Part shown: piece after piece, positions 1-15,100 of the stretch
Layout: the number at the start of each line of letters is the position of its first letter
How positions within the stretch are numbered: position 1 is the first letter of the stretch
Assembly: GCF_009914755.1 (NCBI RefSeq)
Contig: NC_060940.1
Strand: one strand, 5' to 3'
Source of the DNA: the human T2T-CHM13v2.0 reference genome, Homo sapiens
Length of the DNA stretch: 64,000 nt
Program-made: the position numbers and the translations under genes
The notes under the pieces: model-generated
The model's database searches: none
Told to the model about the DNA's origin: nothing
What the model saw: only the letters and a program-made list of their open reading frames with translations

Positions 1-3000
1 CCATTCGAGTCCATTTGATCATTCCGGTAGGGTCCATTCGATGTTGATTCCATTGGAGTGCATTCGATGATTCCATTCGAGTCCATTTTAGGATTTGATT
101 CGAGTCCTTTCGATGATTCCATTCGATTCCACTCGATGATGATTTCATTCGAGTCCATTCGACACTTCCAATCGATTCCATTTGATGATTCCATTCGAGT
201 CCAATTGATGATTCCATTCAATTCCATTCGATGATGATTCCGTACGATTCCATTCTGTGATGATTCCATGTGATTGCATTCAATGATGATTCCTTTCGAT
301 TGCATTCGATTATGATTCATTTCGTGTTCATTCTATGGTTCCACAGGTTTCCATTCGTGTCCATTCCATTATTCCATTCTATTCCATTTGATGATGATTC
401 CATTCGATTCCATTCATTGGTGATTCCACTCAATTCCATTCAATGATTCCATTCCATTTCTTTCAACAATGATTCCATTAGTTTCTAATCGAGGATCCAC
501 TTGATTCCATTTGACGACGATTCCATTCTTGTCCATTCGATGATTCCATTTGATTCCATATGATGATGATTCCATTCGATTCCATACCATGATGATTCCA
601 TTCGAGTCCATTCAATGGTGATTCCATTCAATTCCATTCGATGATTCCTTTCGATTCCATTCGATGATGATGGCATTCGATTCCTTTCAATCATTCCCTT
701 TGATTCCATTCAAAGGTGATTTCATTCAAGTCCATTCGATAATTGCATTCGATTCCATTCTATGATGATTCCATTCGAGTCCATTTGATGATTCCATTCA
801 ATTCAAGTCAATGATGATTCCATTCGATTCCATTCGATGATTCCATTGGATTCCATTCGATGATGATTCCATTCACATCCATTCGATAATTCAATTCAAG
901 TCCATTCGATGATGATTCCAATCGAATCCATTCAAAGATTCCATTCAGTTCCATTCGATGATTCCCTTGGATTCCATTCGAGGATTCCACTTGATTGCAT
1001 TTACGATGATTCCATTCGATTCCATGTGATGATTCCATTCAATTCTATTCAATGCTTTTTCCATTTGATTCCATTCGACCATGATTGCCTTTGATTCCAT
1101 TCAATGATTCCATTCGGTTCCGTTTGATGATGATTCCGTTCGATTCCATTTGATGATTCCATTGGATTCCATTGGATGAGTCCATTCGATTACATTCGAT
1201 GATTATTCCATTCGAGTGCATTAGATGATTCCATTCGAGTCCATTCGATGATTCCATTCGATTCCATTCGATGTTGATTCTGTTCAAATCCATTCGATGA
1301 TTCCACTCGATTCCATTCGTTGACTCCATTTGATCCCATTCGATGATTTCCTTTGATTCCCTTTGATGATCATTCCATTTGATTCAATTCGGTGATTTCA
1401 TTTGATTCCATTCAGTGATGTTTCCATTCGACTCCATTCGATGATGATTCCATTCGACTCCATTCGATTATGATTTCATTCAATTCCATTCGATAATGAT
1501 TCCCTTCGAGTCCATTCGATGATTCCATTCGATTCCATTCAACGATGATTTGATTCGTGTCCATTCGATGATTCCATTTGATTCCACTTGATGATGATTC
1601 CATTCGAGTCCATTTGATGATTCCATTCAATTCCATACTCCGATGATTTCTTTTGAGCCCACTCAATGCTTCCACTCGATTCCATATGATGATGACTCCA
1701 TTCGATGAAATTCGATGATGATTCCATTCGCTTGCTTTCGATGATGATTCCACTTGAGTCCGTTAGAAGATTCTATTCAATTACATTCCAGGACGATTCC
1801 GTTCGAGTCCATTTGATGATTCCATTAGACTCCATTCGACGATGATTCCATTCGATGTTATTCCATGATTCCATTCGATCTCATTCGATGATGATTCCAT
1901 TCAACTCCATTCGATGTTTCCATTCGAGTTCATTCTATTATTCCATTAGATTCCATTCGATGATGATTCCATTCGATTCCATTTGATGATTGCATTCTAT
2001 TTCATTTGATGATGATTCCATTCGAGTCCACTCGATGATTCCATTCGAGTCCATTTAATGAATCCATTGGTTTCAATTCTATGATGATTACATTGGATTC
2101 CATTCGTTGATGATTTCATTCGGTTCCATTCAATGATGATTCCATTCAATTCCTTTCAATGTTTCCATTCAATTCCATACGATGATGATTCCATTTGATT
2201 TGATTCGACAGTGAGCCATTCGATTCAATTTCATGATGATTCTATTTATTCAATTGGTTGACATTTCCATTCGATTCCATTCGATGATGATTCCCTTTGA
2301 TTCCATTCAAAGATGATTCCATTCTAGCCCATTCAATCATTCCATTCGATTCTATTCAATGATGATTCCATTCATGTCGATTTGGTGATTCCATTTGACT
2401 TCATTTGATGATGATTCCTTTCAAGTTCATTAGATGATTCCATTCGATTCCATTTGATGATGATCCCATTCGAGTCCATTCAGTGATTCCACTCGTTTCC
2501 ATTCCATGATGATTCCATTCCATTCCATTCAATGATTCCATTCGATTCCGATGGATGATGATTTCATTCGAGTCCATTTGATGATTCCATTTGATTCCAT
2601 TCGATGATGATTCCATTCGAGTCCATTCGATGATTCTATTCGAATCCATTTGATGATTTCTTTTGATTATAGTTGGTGATGATTCCATTGGAGTCCATTC
2701 AATGATTCCATTCGATTCCAATCGATGGTGATTCCATTAGAGTCCATTTAATGATTCCATTTGATTCCAGTCTCTGATGATTACATTCGAGTCCATACGA
2801 TGATTCCACTCAATTCCATATGATGATGATTCCATTCGATTCCATTCGGTGATTCCATTCTATTCTATTCAGTGGTGATTCCATTCGAGTACATTAGATG
2901 ATTCCATTCGATTCCATTCAATGATGATTCTATTTGTGTCCCTTAGATGATTCCACATGATTCCATTAGATGATGATACTATTTGAGCCCATCCAATGAT

Positions 3001-4704
3001 TCCCTTCGATTCCATTCGATGAGGATTCCATTCGATTCAATTCATTGGTGATTCTATTCAATTCAATTCTTTGATTCCATTCCATTCCATTCGACAATGA
3101 TTCCATTCGATTTCTTTCGATGATTCCACTCGATTCCACTTGACATTGATTCCCTTCGATTCCATTCAATGATTCCATTTGATTCCAGTGGATGATGATT
3201 GCCATCGATTCCATTCGATCACTCCATTCTATTCCATTTGATGATGATTACATTCGATTCCATTTGACGATTCCATCTGATTCTATTCGAGGATTCCATT
3301 TGATTCCATTCGATGATGATTCCATTCGAGTCCATTCGATGATTTCATTCGAGTACATCCAATGATTCCATTCGAGTCCATTTGATGATTCCATTTGATT
3401 CCATTTGATTATGATTCTACTAGAGTCCATTCAATGACTCCATTTGAGTCCATTCAACAATTCCATTCGACTCCATTCGATGATTCCATTCGATTCCATT
3501 TGATGATTCCATTCGAGTCCATTTAATCATTACAGTCGAGTCCATTTGGTGATTCCGCTGGATTTCCTTTGATAATGATACCATTCGATTACATTTGATG
3601 ATGATCCCATTCAATTTCATTTGATGATGATTCCATTAGAGTCCATTCGATGATTTTATTCGAGTCCCTTCATTGATTCCATCCGATTTCATTGGATGAT
3701 GACTCCATTCGAGTCCATTCGATGATTCCACTCGATTCCATTAGATGATTCCATTGGAGTCCATTTGATTGTTCCATTCGATTCCATTCGATTCCTTTCG
3801 AAGATTATTCCATTTGAGTCCATTCGATGATGATTCCATTCCATTCCATTCGATGATTCCGTTTGATTCCATTCGATGATTCCCTTCGATTCCTTTCTTT
3901 GATGATTCCATTCCATTCCATTCAATGATTCCATTCGAATCTATTCCATGATGATTCCTTTCGATTCCATTCGCTGATGTTTCCGTTCAATTCCATTCGA
4001 TGATGATTCCATTCGATTCCATTCATTGAGGATTCCATTTGATTCCATTCAATGATTCCATTCTATTCCATTCAATGATTGCATTCAATTCCATTCAATG
4101 ATTATCCCATTAGAGTAAACTCAACGATTCCTTTCAATACCATTCGATGATGATTCCTTTTGAGTCCATTCAATGATTTCATTCAAGTCCATTTGATGAT
4201 TCCTTTCAATTCCATTCTATGATGATTCCATTCGAGTCCATTCGATGATTCCATTCGATTGCATTCGATGATTCCATTATATTCCATTCAACGATGATTC
4301 CATTCGAGTCCATTCGATGATTCCATTAGAGTACATTTAATGATTGCTTTGTTTTCAATTCGAAGATGATTACATTCGATTCCATTCTATGATACCATTC
4401 GATTCCATTCAATGATGACTCCACTCAAATCCATTGGATGATTCCATTCGTGTCCATTCGGTGATTTCATTAGATTCCATTCGAGGATGATTCCATTCGA
4501 TTCCATTCGATGATTCCATTCAATTCCATTCGATGATGATTCCATTCGAGTCCATATGATCATTCCATTTGATTTCATTCGATGATGATTCCATTCGATT
4601 CCATTCGACGATTCCATTCTATTCCATTCGATGATGATTCCATTCGAGTCCATTCGATGATTCTATTCGAGTCCATTTAATGATTCCATTGGGTTCAATT
4701 CAAT

Positions 4705-5483
4705 GATGATTACATTGGATTCCGTTCTATGATTCCATTCAATTCCGTTCATTGACAATTTGATTCCATTCGATGATGATTCCATTTGAGTTCATTCGAT
4801 GATTCTATTCGATTCTCTTCGATGGTGATTCAATTCTATTATATTGGATGATTCCATTCGATTCCATTTGATGTTGATTCAATTCGATTCTATTCGATGA
4901 TGATTCCATTGGATTTCACTTGATGATTCTATTCGATTCCATTCAATGATGATTCACTTCTCGTCCATTGGATGATTCCATTTCATTCCATTCGATGATG
5001 ATTCCATTCGATTCCATTCGATGATTCCATTTGATTCCATGCGACGGTGAGCAATTCGATTCAATTCCATGATGATTCTATTTGATTCAATTAGATGATG
5101 TTTCCATTCGAATCCATTCCATGATTATTCCATTGGAATCCATTCGGCGATGATTCCATATGAGTCAATTCAATGATGATTCCATATGGGTCCGTTTGAT
5201 GATAATTCCATTTGATTTCATTCGATGCTTCTATTCAATTCCAGTCGATGATGATTCCGTTGGAGTCCATACGATGATTCCATTTGATTTCATTTCATGA
5301 TGATTCCATTCGATGACGATTACATTGGATTCCATTCTATGATTCCATTCAATTCCATTCGTTGATGATACGATTCCATTCAATGATGATTCCATTTGAG
5401 TTCATTCGGTGATTCTATTCGATTCCATTCTATGGTGATTCAATTCTCTTATATTGGATGATTCGACTCGATTCCATTTGATG
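4705..5483 (+). repeat. Diverged internal direct repeat (~170 bp, copies ~4705-4873 and ~5315-5483), present in every macro-unit
   Basis: Both copies run GATTACATTGGATTCCRTTCTATG...TTTGAGTTCATTCG...GGTGATTCAATTCTMTTATATTGGATG. TACATTGGAT occurs at 4711 and 5321 (offset 610). Confidence 0.85.
5083..5093 (-). promoter_or_regulatory. Candidate DUX4-type double-homeodomain site TAATTGAATCA (recurs at the same position in every macro-unit)
   Basis: The + strand reads TGATTCAATTA at 5083, 11135, 17219, 23281, 29393, 35505, 41627, 47749, 49819, 55941 and 62060. It is one mismatch from the DUX4 consensus TAAYYYAATCA. DUX4 binding to HSATII is established; binding at this exact site is inference. Confidence 0.45.
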
Positions 5484-6059
5484 ATTATTCCATTGGAGTC
5501 CACTTAGTGAATCCTTTAGATTCTACTCGAAGATGATTCCATTCGAGTCCATTCGATGATACCATTCAATTCCATTCGTTGATGCTTCCATTCAAGTGCA
5601 TTCGATGATATCATTCGATTCCATTTGATGATAATTCCATTTGATTCCATGCGATGATTCTATTCGATTCCATTCAATGATAATTCCATTCAATTCAGTG
5701 ATTCCTCTGGACTCCATTTGATGATGATTCCATTCAATGATTCCATTCGATTCTATTCGAAAATGATTACATTTGAATCCATTTGATGACGATTCCATTC
5801 CATTCCATTTGATGATTCCATACTATTCTATTCGATGATGATTCCATTCGATTCCATTCGATGATGATTGGATTCGATTCCATTTGATGATTTCATTTGA
5901 TTCCATTCGTTAATGATTTCGATCAATTCCATTCGATGATTCCATTCGATTCCATTCGATAATGATTACATCCGAGTCCATTCGATGATTCCATTTGAGC
6001 CTGTTCGATAATTCCATTTGAGTCCAACCAATGATTCCATTCATTTCCATTCAATGATT

Positions 6060-9000
6060 CCATTCGAGTCCATTTGATCATTCCGGTAGGGTCCATTCGA
6101 TGTTGATTCCATTGGAGTGCATTCGATGATTCCATTCGAGTCCATTTTAGGATTTGATTCGAGTCCTTTCGATGATTCCATTCGATTCCACTCGATGATG
6201 ATTTCATTCGAGTCCATTCGACACTTCCAATCGATTCCATTTGATGATTCCATTCGAGTCCAATTGATGATTCCATTCAATTCCATTCGATGATGATTCC
6301 GTACGATTCCATTCTGTGATGATTCCATGTGATTGCATTCAATGATGATTCCTTTCGATTGCATTCGATTATGATTCATTTCGTCTTCATTCTATGGTTC
6401 CACAGGTTTCCATTCGTGTCCATTCCATTATTCCATTCTATTCCATTTGATGATGATTCCATTCGATTCCATTCATTGGTGATTCCACTCAATTCCATTC
6501 AATGATTCCATTCCATTTCTTTCAACAATGATTCCATTAGTTTCTAATCGAGGATCCACTTGATTCCATTTGACGACGATTCCATTCTTGTCCATTCGAT
6601 GATTCCATTTGATTCCATATGATGATGATTCCATTCGATTCCATACCATGATGATTCCATTCGAGTCCATTCAATGGTGATTCCATTCAATTCCATTCGA
6701 TGATTCCTTTCGATTCCATTCGATGATGATGGCATTCGATTCCTTTCAATCATTCCCTTTGATTCCATTCAAAGGTGATTTCATTCAAGTCCATTCGATA
6801 ATTGCATTCGATTCCATTCTATGATGATTCCATTCGAGTCCATTTGATGATTCCATTCAATTCAAGTCAATGATGATTCCATTCGATTCCATTCGATGAT
6901 TCCATTGGATTCCATTCGATGATGATTCCATTCACATCCATTCGATAATTCAATTCAAGTCCATTCGATGATGACTCCAATCGAATCCATTCAAAGATTC
7001 CATTCAGTTCCATTCGATGATTCCCTTGGATTCCATTCGAGGATTCCACTTGATTGCATTTACGATGATTCCATTCGATTCCATGTGATGATTCCATTCA
7101 ATTCTATTCAATGATGTCTCCATTTGATTCCATTCGACCATGATTGCCTTTGATTCCATTCAATGATTCCATTCGGTTCCGTTTGATGATGATTCCGTTC
7201 GATTCCATTTGATGATTCCATTGGATTCCATTGGATGAGTCCATTCGATTACATTCGATGATTATTCCATTCGAGTGCATTAGATGATTCCATTCGAGTC
7301 CATTCGATGATTCCATTCGATTCCATTCGATGTTGATTCTGTTCAAATCCATTCGATGATTCCACTCGATTCCATTCGTTGACTCCATTTGATCCCATTC
7401 GATGATTTCCTTTGATTCCCTTTGATGATCATTCCATTTGATTCAATTCGGTGATTTCATTTGATTCCATTCAGTGATGTTTCCATTCGACTCCATTCGA
7501 TGATGATTCCATTCGACTCCATTCGATTATGATTTCATTCAATTCCATTCGATAATGATTCCCTTCGAGTCCATTCGATGATTCCATTCGATTCCATTCA
7601 ACGATGATTTGATTCGTGTCCATTCGATGATTCCATTTGATTCCACTTGATGATGATTCCATTCGAGTCCATTTGATGATTCCATTCAATTCCATACTCC
7701 GATGATTTCTTTTGAGCCCACTCAATGCTTCCACTCGATTCCATATGATGATGACTCCATTCGATGAAATTCGATGATGATTCCATTCGCTTGCTTTCGA
7801 TGATGATTCCACTTGAGTCCGTTAGAAGATTCTATTCAATTACATTCCAGGACGATTCCGTTCGAGTCCATTTGATGATTCCATTAGACTCCATTCGACG
7901 ATGATTCCATTCGATGTTATTCCATGATTCCATTCGATCTCATTCGATGATGATTCCATTCAACTCCATTCGATGTTTCCATTCGAGTTCATTCTATTAT
8001 TCCATTAGATTCCATTCGATGATGATTCCATTCGATTCCATTTGATGATTGCATTCTATTTCATTTGATGATGATTCCATTCGAGTCCACTCGATGATTC
8101 CATTCGAGTCCATTTAATGAATCCATTGGTTTCAATTCTATGATGATTACATTGGATTCCATTCGTTGATGATTTCATTCGGTTCCATTCAATGATGATT
8201 CCATTCAATTCCTTTCAATGTTTCCATTCAATTCCATACGATGATGATTCCATTTGATTTGATTCGACAGTGAGCCATTCGATTCAATTTCATGATGATT
8301 CTATTTATTCAATTGGTTGACATTTCCATTCGATTCCATTCGATGATGATTCCCTTTGATTCCATTCAAAGATGATTCCATTCTAGCCCATTCAATCATT
8401 CCATTCGATTCTATTCAATGATGATTCCATTCATGTCGATTTGGTGATTCCATTTGACTTCATTTGATGATGATTCCTTTCAAGTTCATTAGATGATTCC
8501 ATTCGATTCCATTTGATGATGATCCCATTCGAGTCCATTCAGTGATTCCACTCGTTTCCATTCCATGATGATTCCATTCCATTCCATTCAATGATTCCAT
8601 TCGATTCCGATGGATGATGATTTCATTCGAGTCCATTTGATGATTCCATTTGATTCCATTCGATGATGATTCCATTCGAGTCCATTCGATGATTCTATTC
8701 GAATCCATTTGATGATTTCTTTTGATTATAGTTGGTGATGATTCCATTGGAGTCCATTCAATGATTCCATTCGATTCCAATCGATGGTGATTCCATTAGA
8801 GTGCATTTAATGATTCCATTTGATTCCAGTCTCTGATGATTACATTCGAGTCCATACGATGATTCCACTCAATTCCATATGATGATGATTCCATTCGATT
8901 CCATTCGGTGATTCCATTCTATTCTATTCAGTGGTGATTCCATTCGAGTACATTAGATGATTCCATTCGATTCCATTCAATGATGATTCTATTTGTGTCC

Positions 9001-12000
9001 CTTAGATGATTCCACATGATTCCATTAGATGATGATACTATTTGAGCCCATCCAATGATTCCCTTCGATTCCATTCGATGAGGATTCCATTCGATTCAAT
9101 TCATTGGTGATTCTATTCAATTCAATTCTTTGATTCCATTCCATTCCATTCGACAATGATTCCATTCGATTTCTTTCGATGATTCCACTCGATTCCACTT
9201 GACATTGATTCCCTTCGATTCCATTCAATGATTCCATTTGATTCCAGTGGATGATGATTGCCATCGATTCCATTCGATCACTCCATTCTATTCCATTTGA
9301 TGATGATTACATTCGATTCCATTTGACGATTCCATCTGATTCTATTCGAGGATTCCATTTGATTCCATTCGATGATGATTCCATTCGAGTCCATTCGATG
9401 ATTTCATTCGAGTACATCCAATGATTCCATTCGAGTCCATTTGATGATTCCATTTGATTCCATTTGATTATGATTCTACTAGAGTCCATTCAATGACTCC
9501 ATTCGAGTCCATTCAACAATTCCATTCGACTCCATTCGATGATTCCATTCGATTCCATTTGATGATTCCATTCGAGTCCATTTAATCATTACAGTCGAGT
9601 CCATTTGGTGATTCCGCTGGATTTCCTTTGATAATGATACCATTCAATTACATTTGATGATGATCCCATTCAATTTCATTTGATGATGATTCCATTAGAG
9701 TCCATTCGATGATTTTATTCGAGTCCCTTCATTGATTCCATCCGATTTCATTGGATGATGACTCCATTCGAGTCCATTCGATGATTCCACTCGATTCCAT
9801 TAGATGATTCCATTGGAGTCCATTTGATTGTTCCATTCGATTCCATTCGATTCCTTTCGAAGATTATTCCATTTGAGTCCATTCGATGATGATTCCATTC
9901 CATTCCATTCGATGATTCCGTTTGATTCCATTCGATGATTCCCTTCGATTCCTTTCTTTGATGATTCCATTCCATTCCATTCAATGATTCCATTCGAATC
10001 TATTCCATGATGATTCCTTTCGATTCCATTCGCTGATGTTTCCGTTCAATTCCATTCGATGATGATTCCATTCGATTCCATTCATTGAGGATTCCATTTG
10101 ATTCCATTCAATGATGATTCCATTCTATTCCATTCAATGATTGCATTCAATTCCATTCAATGATTATCCCATTAGAGTAAACTCAACGATTCCATTCAAT
10201 ACCATTCGATGATGATTCCTTTTGAGTCCATTCAATGATTTCATTCAAGTCCATTTGATGATTCCTTTCAATTCCATTCTATGATGATTCCATTCGAGTC
10301 CATTCGATGATTCCATTCGATTGCATTCGATGATTCCATTATATTCCATTCAACGATGATTCCATTCGAGTCCATTCGATGATTCCATTAGAGTACATTT
10401 AATGATTGCTTTGTTTTCAATTCGAAGATGATTACATTCGATTCCATTCTATGATACCATTCGTTTCCATTCAATGATGACTCCACTCAAATCCATTGGA
10501 TGATTCCATTCGTGTCCATTCGGTGATTTCATTAGATTCCATTCGAGGATGATTCCATTCGATTCCATTCGATGATTCCATTCAATTCCATTCGATGATG
10601 ATTCCATTCGAGTCCATATGATCATTCCATTTGATTTCATTCGATGATGATTCCATTCGATTCCATTCGACGATTCCATTCTATTCCATTCGATGATGAT
10701 TCCATTCGAGTCCATTCGATGATTCCATTCGAGTCCATTTAATGATTCCATTGGGTTCAATTCAATGATGATTACATTGGATTCCGTTCTATGATTCCAT
10801 TCAATTCCGTTCATTGACAATTTGATTCCATTCGATGATGATTCCATTTGAGTTCATTCGATGATTCTATTCGATTCTCTTCGATGGTGATTCAATTCTA
10901 TTATATTGGATGATTCCATTTGATGTTGATTCAATTCGATTCTATTCGATGATGATTCCATTGGATTTCACTTGATGATTCTATTCGATTCCATTCAATG
11001 ATGATTCACTTCTCGTCCATTGGATGATTCCATTTCATTCCATTCGATGATGATTCCATTCGATTCCATTCGATGATTCCATTTGATTCCATGCGACGGT
11101 GAGCAATTCGATTCAATTCCATGATGATTCTATTTGATTCAATTAGATGATGTTTCCATTCGAATCCATTCCATGATTATTCCATTGGAATCCATTCGGC
11201 GATGATTCCATATGAGACAATTCAATGATGATTCCATATGAGTCAATTCAATGATGATTCCATATGGGTCCGTTCGATGATAATTCCATTTGATTTCATT
11301 CGATGCTTCTATTCAATTCCAGTCGATGATGATTCCGTTGGAGTCCATACGATGATTCCATTTGATTTCATTTCATGATGATTCCATTCGGTGACGATTA
11401 CATTGGATTCCATTCTATGATTCCATTCAGTTCATTCGTTGATGATTCGATTCCATTCAATGATGATTCCATTTGAGTTCATTCGGTGATTCTATTCGAT
11501 TCCATTCTATGGTGATTCAATTCTCTTATATTGGATGATTCGACTCGATTCCATTTGATGATTATTCCATTGGAGTCCACTTAGTGAATCCTTTAGATTC
11601 TACTCGAAGATGATTCCATTCGAGTCCATTCGATGATACCATTCAATTCCATTCGTTGATGCTTCCATTCAAGTGCATTCGATGATATCATTCGATTCCA
11701 TTTGATGATAATTCCATTTGATTCCATGCGATGATTCTATTCGATTCCATTCAATGATAATTCCATTCAATTCAGTGATTCCTCTGGACTCCATTTGATG
11801 ATGATTCCATTCAATGATTCCATTCGATTCTATTCGAAAATGATTACATTTGAATCCATTTGATGACGATTCCATTCCATTCCATTTGATGATTCCATAC
11901 TATTCTATTCGATGATGATTCCATTCGATTCCATTCGATGATGATTGGATTCGATTCCATTTGATGATTTCATTTGATTCCATTCGTTAATGATTTCGAT

Positions 12001-12136
12001 CAATTCCATTCGATGATTCCATTCGATTCCATTCGATAATGATTACATCCGAGTCCATTCGATGATTCCATTTGAGCCTGTTCGATAATTCCATTTGAGT
12101 CCAACCAATGATTCCATTCATTTCCATTCAATGATT
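6060..12136 (+). repeat. Macro-unit U2 (6077 bp, class A with several indels)
   Basis: Landmarks 6083 and 12160. Length = 6059 +3 (~10112) -10 (~10920) +26 (11201-11252) -1 (~11430). BamHI site at 6552-6557. Confidence 0.95.
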
Positions 12137-15100
12137 CCATTCGAGTCCATTTGATCATTCCGGTAGGGTCCATTCGATGTTGATTCCATTGGAGTGCATT
12201 CGATGATTCCATTCGAGTCCATTTTAGGATTTGATTCGAGTCCTTTCGATGATTCCATTCGATTCCACTCGATGATGATTTCATTCGAGTCCATTCGACA
12301 CTTCCAATCGATTCCATTTGATGATTCCATTCGAGTCCTATTGATGATTCCATTCAATTCCATTCGATGATGATTCCGTACGATTCCATTCTGTGATGAT
12401 TCCATGTGATTGCATTCAATGATGATTCCTTTCGATTGCATTCGATTATGATTCATTTCGTCTTCATTCTATGGTTCCACAGGTTTCCATTCGTGTCCAT
12501 TCCATTATTCCATTCTATTCCATTTGATGATGATTCCATTCGATTCCATTCATTGGTGATTCCACTCAATTCCATTCAATGATTCCATTCCATTTCTTTC
12601 AACAATGATTCCATTAGTTTCTAATCGATGATCCACTTGATTCCATTTGACGACGATTCCATTCTTGTCCATTCGATGATTCCATTTGATTCCATATGAT
12701 GATGATTCCATTCGATTCCATACCATGATGATTCCATTCGAGTCCATTCAATGGTGATTCCATTCAATTCCATTCGATGATTCCTTTCGATTCCATTCGA
12801 TGATGATGGCATTCGATTCCTTTCAATCATTCCCTTTGATTCCATTCAAAGGTGATTTCATTCAAGTCCATTCGATAATTGCATTCGATTCCATTCTATG
12901 ATGATTCCATTCGAGTCCATTTGATGATTCCATTCAATTCAAGTCAATGATGATTCCATTCGATTCCATTCGATGATTCCATTGGATTCCATTCGATGAT
13001 GATTCCATTCAAATCCATTCGATAATTCAATTCAAGTCCATTCGATGATGATTCCAATCGAATCCATTCAAAGATTCCATTCAGTTCCATTCGATGATTC
13101 CCTTGGATTCCATTCGATGATTCCACTTGATTGCATTTACGATGATTCCATTCGATTCCATGTGATGATTCCATTCAATTCTATTCAATGATGTCTCCAT
13201 TTGATTCCATTCGACCATGATTGCCTTTGATTCCATTCAATGATTCCATTCGGTTCCGTTTGATGATGATTCCGTTCGATTCCATTTGATGATTCCATTT
13301 GATTCCATTGGATGAGTCCATTCGATTACATTCGATGATTATTCCATTCGAGTGCATTAGATGATTCCATTCGAGTCCATTCGATGATTCCATTCGATTC
13401 CATTCGATGTTGATTCTGTTCAAATCCATTCGATGATTCCACTCGATTCCATTCGTTGACTCCATTTGATCCCATTCGATGATTTCCTTTGATTCCCTTT
13501 GATGATCATTCCATTTGATTCAATTCGGTGATTTCATTTGATTCCATTCAGTGATGTTTCCATTCGACTCCATTCGATGATGATTCCATTCGACTCCATT
13601 CGATTATGATTTCATTCAATTCCATTCGATAATGATTCCCTTCGAGTCCATTCGATGATTCCATTCGATTCCATTCAACGATGATTTGATTCGTGTCCAT
13701 TCGATGATTCCATTTGATTCCACTTGATGATGATTCCATTCGAGTCCATTTGATGATTCCATTCAATTCCATACTCCGATGATTTCTTTTGAGCCCACTC
13801 AATGCTTCCACTCGATTCCATATGATGATGACTCCATTCGATGAAATTCGATGATGATTCCATTCGCTTGCTTTCGATGATGATTCCACTTGAGTCCGTT
13901 AGAAGATTCTATTCAATTACATTCCATGACGATTCCGTTCGAGTCCATTTGATGATTCCATTAGACTCCATTCGACGATGATTCCATTCGATGTTATTCC
14001 ATGATTCCATTCGATCTCATTCGATGATGATTCCATTCAACTCCATTCGATGTTTCCATTCGAGTTCATTCTATTATTCCATTAGATTCCATTCGATGAT
14101 GATTCCATTCGATTCCATTTGATGATTGCATTCTATTTCATTTGATGATGATTCCATTCGAGTCCACTCGATGATTCCATTCGAGTCCATTTAATGAATC
14201 CATTGGTTTCAATTCTATGATGATTACATTGGATTCCATTCGTTGATGATTTCATTCAGTTCCATTCAATGATGATTCCATTCAATTCCTTTCAATGTTT
14301 CCATTCAATTCCATACGATGATGATTCCATTTGATTTGATTCGACAGTGAGCCATTCGATTCAATTTCATGATGATTCTATTTATTCAATTGGTTGACAT
14401 TTCCATTCGATTCCATTCGATGATGATTCCCTTTGATTCCATTCAAAGATGATTCCATTCTAGCCCATTCAATCATTCCATTCGATTCTATTCAATGATG
14501 ATTCCATTCATGTCGATTTGGTGATTCCATTTGACTTCATTTGATGATGATTCCTTTCAAGTTCATTAGATGATTCCATTCGATTCCATTTGATGATGAT
14601 CCCATTCGAGTCCATTCAGTGATTCCATTCGTTTCCATTCCATGATGATTCCATTACTTTCCATTCAATGATTCCATTCGATTCCGTTTGATGATGATTT
14701 CATTCGAGTCCATTTGATGATTCCATTTGATTCCATTCGATGATGATTCCATTCGAGTCCATTCGATGATTCTATTCGAATCCATTTGATGATTTCTTTT
14801 GATTATATTTGGTGATGATTCCATTGGAGTCCATTCAATGATTCCATTCTATTCCAATCGATGATGATTCCATTAGAGTCCATTTAATGATTCCATTTGA
14901 TTCCAGTCTCTGATGATTACATTCGAGTCCATACGATGATTCCACTCAATTCCATATGATGATGATTCCATTCGATTCCATTCGGTTATTCCATTCTATT
15001 CTATTCAGTGGTGATTCCATTCGAGTACATTAGATGATTCCATTCGATTCCATTCAATGATGATTCTATTTGTGTCCCTTAGATGATTCCACATGATTCC

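Larger units (their letters stand above)
1..6059 (+). repeat. 6.1-kb macro-unit U1 (6059 bp, variant class A; phase set at window start)
   Basis: Landmark CCGGTAGGG at 24 and 6083; the pseudo-ORF at 414 recurs at 6473. Lacks the 49-bp block near 5790-5825; carries a BamHI site GGATCC at 493-498. Confidence 0.95.

Noticed and set aside
337-352. Atypical short patches such as GGTTCCACAGGTTTCC and CCGGTAGGGTCC as splice or regulatory signals
   Set aside because: They align to monomer positions as heavily mutated CATTC arms, and there is no supporting exon or promoter context.
909-1094. The single plus-strand ORF (61 aa)
   Set aside because: It exists only because U1 variants remove TGA codons; it is low complexity and absent from the other units.
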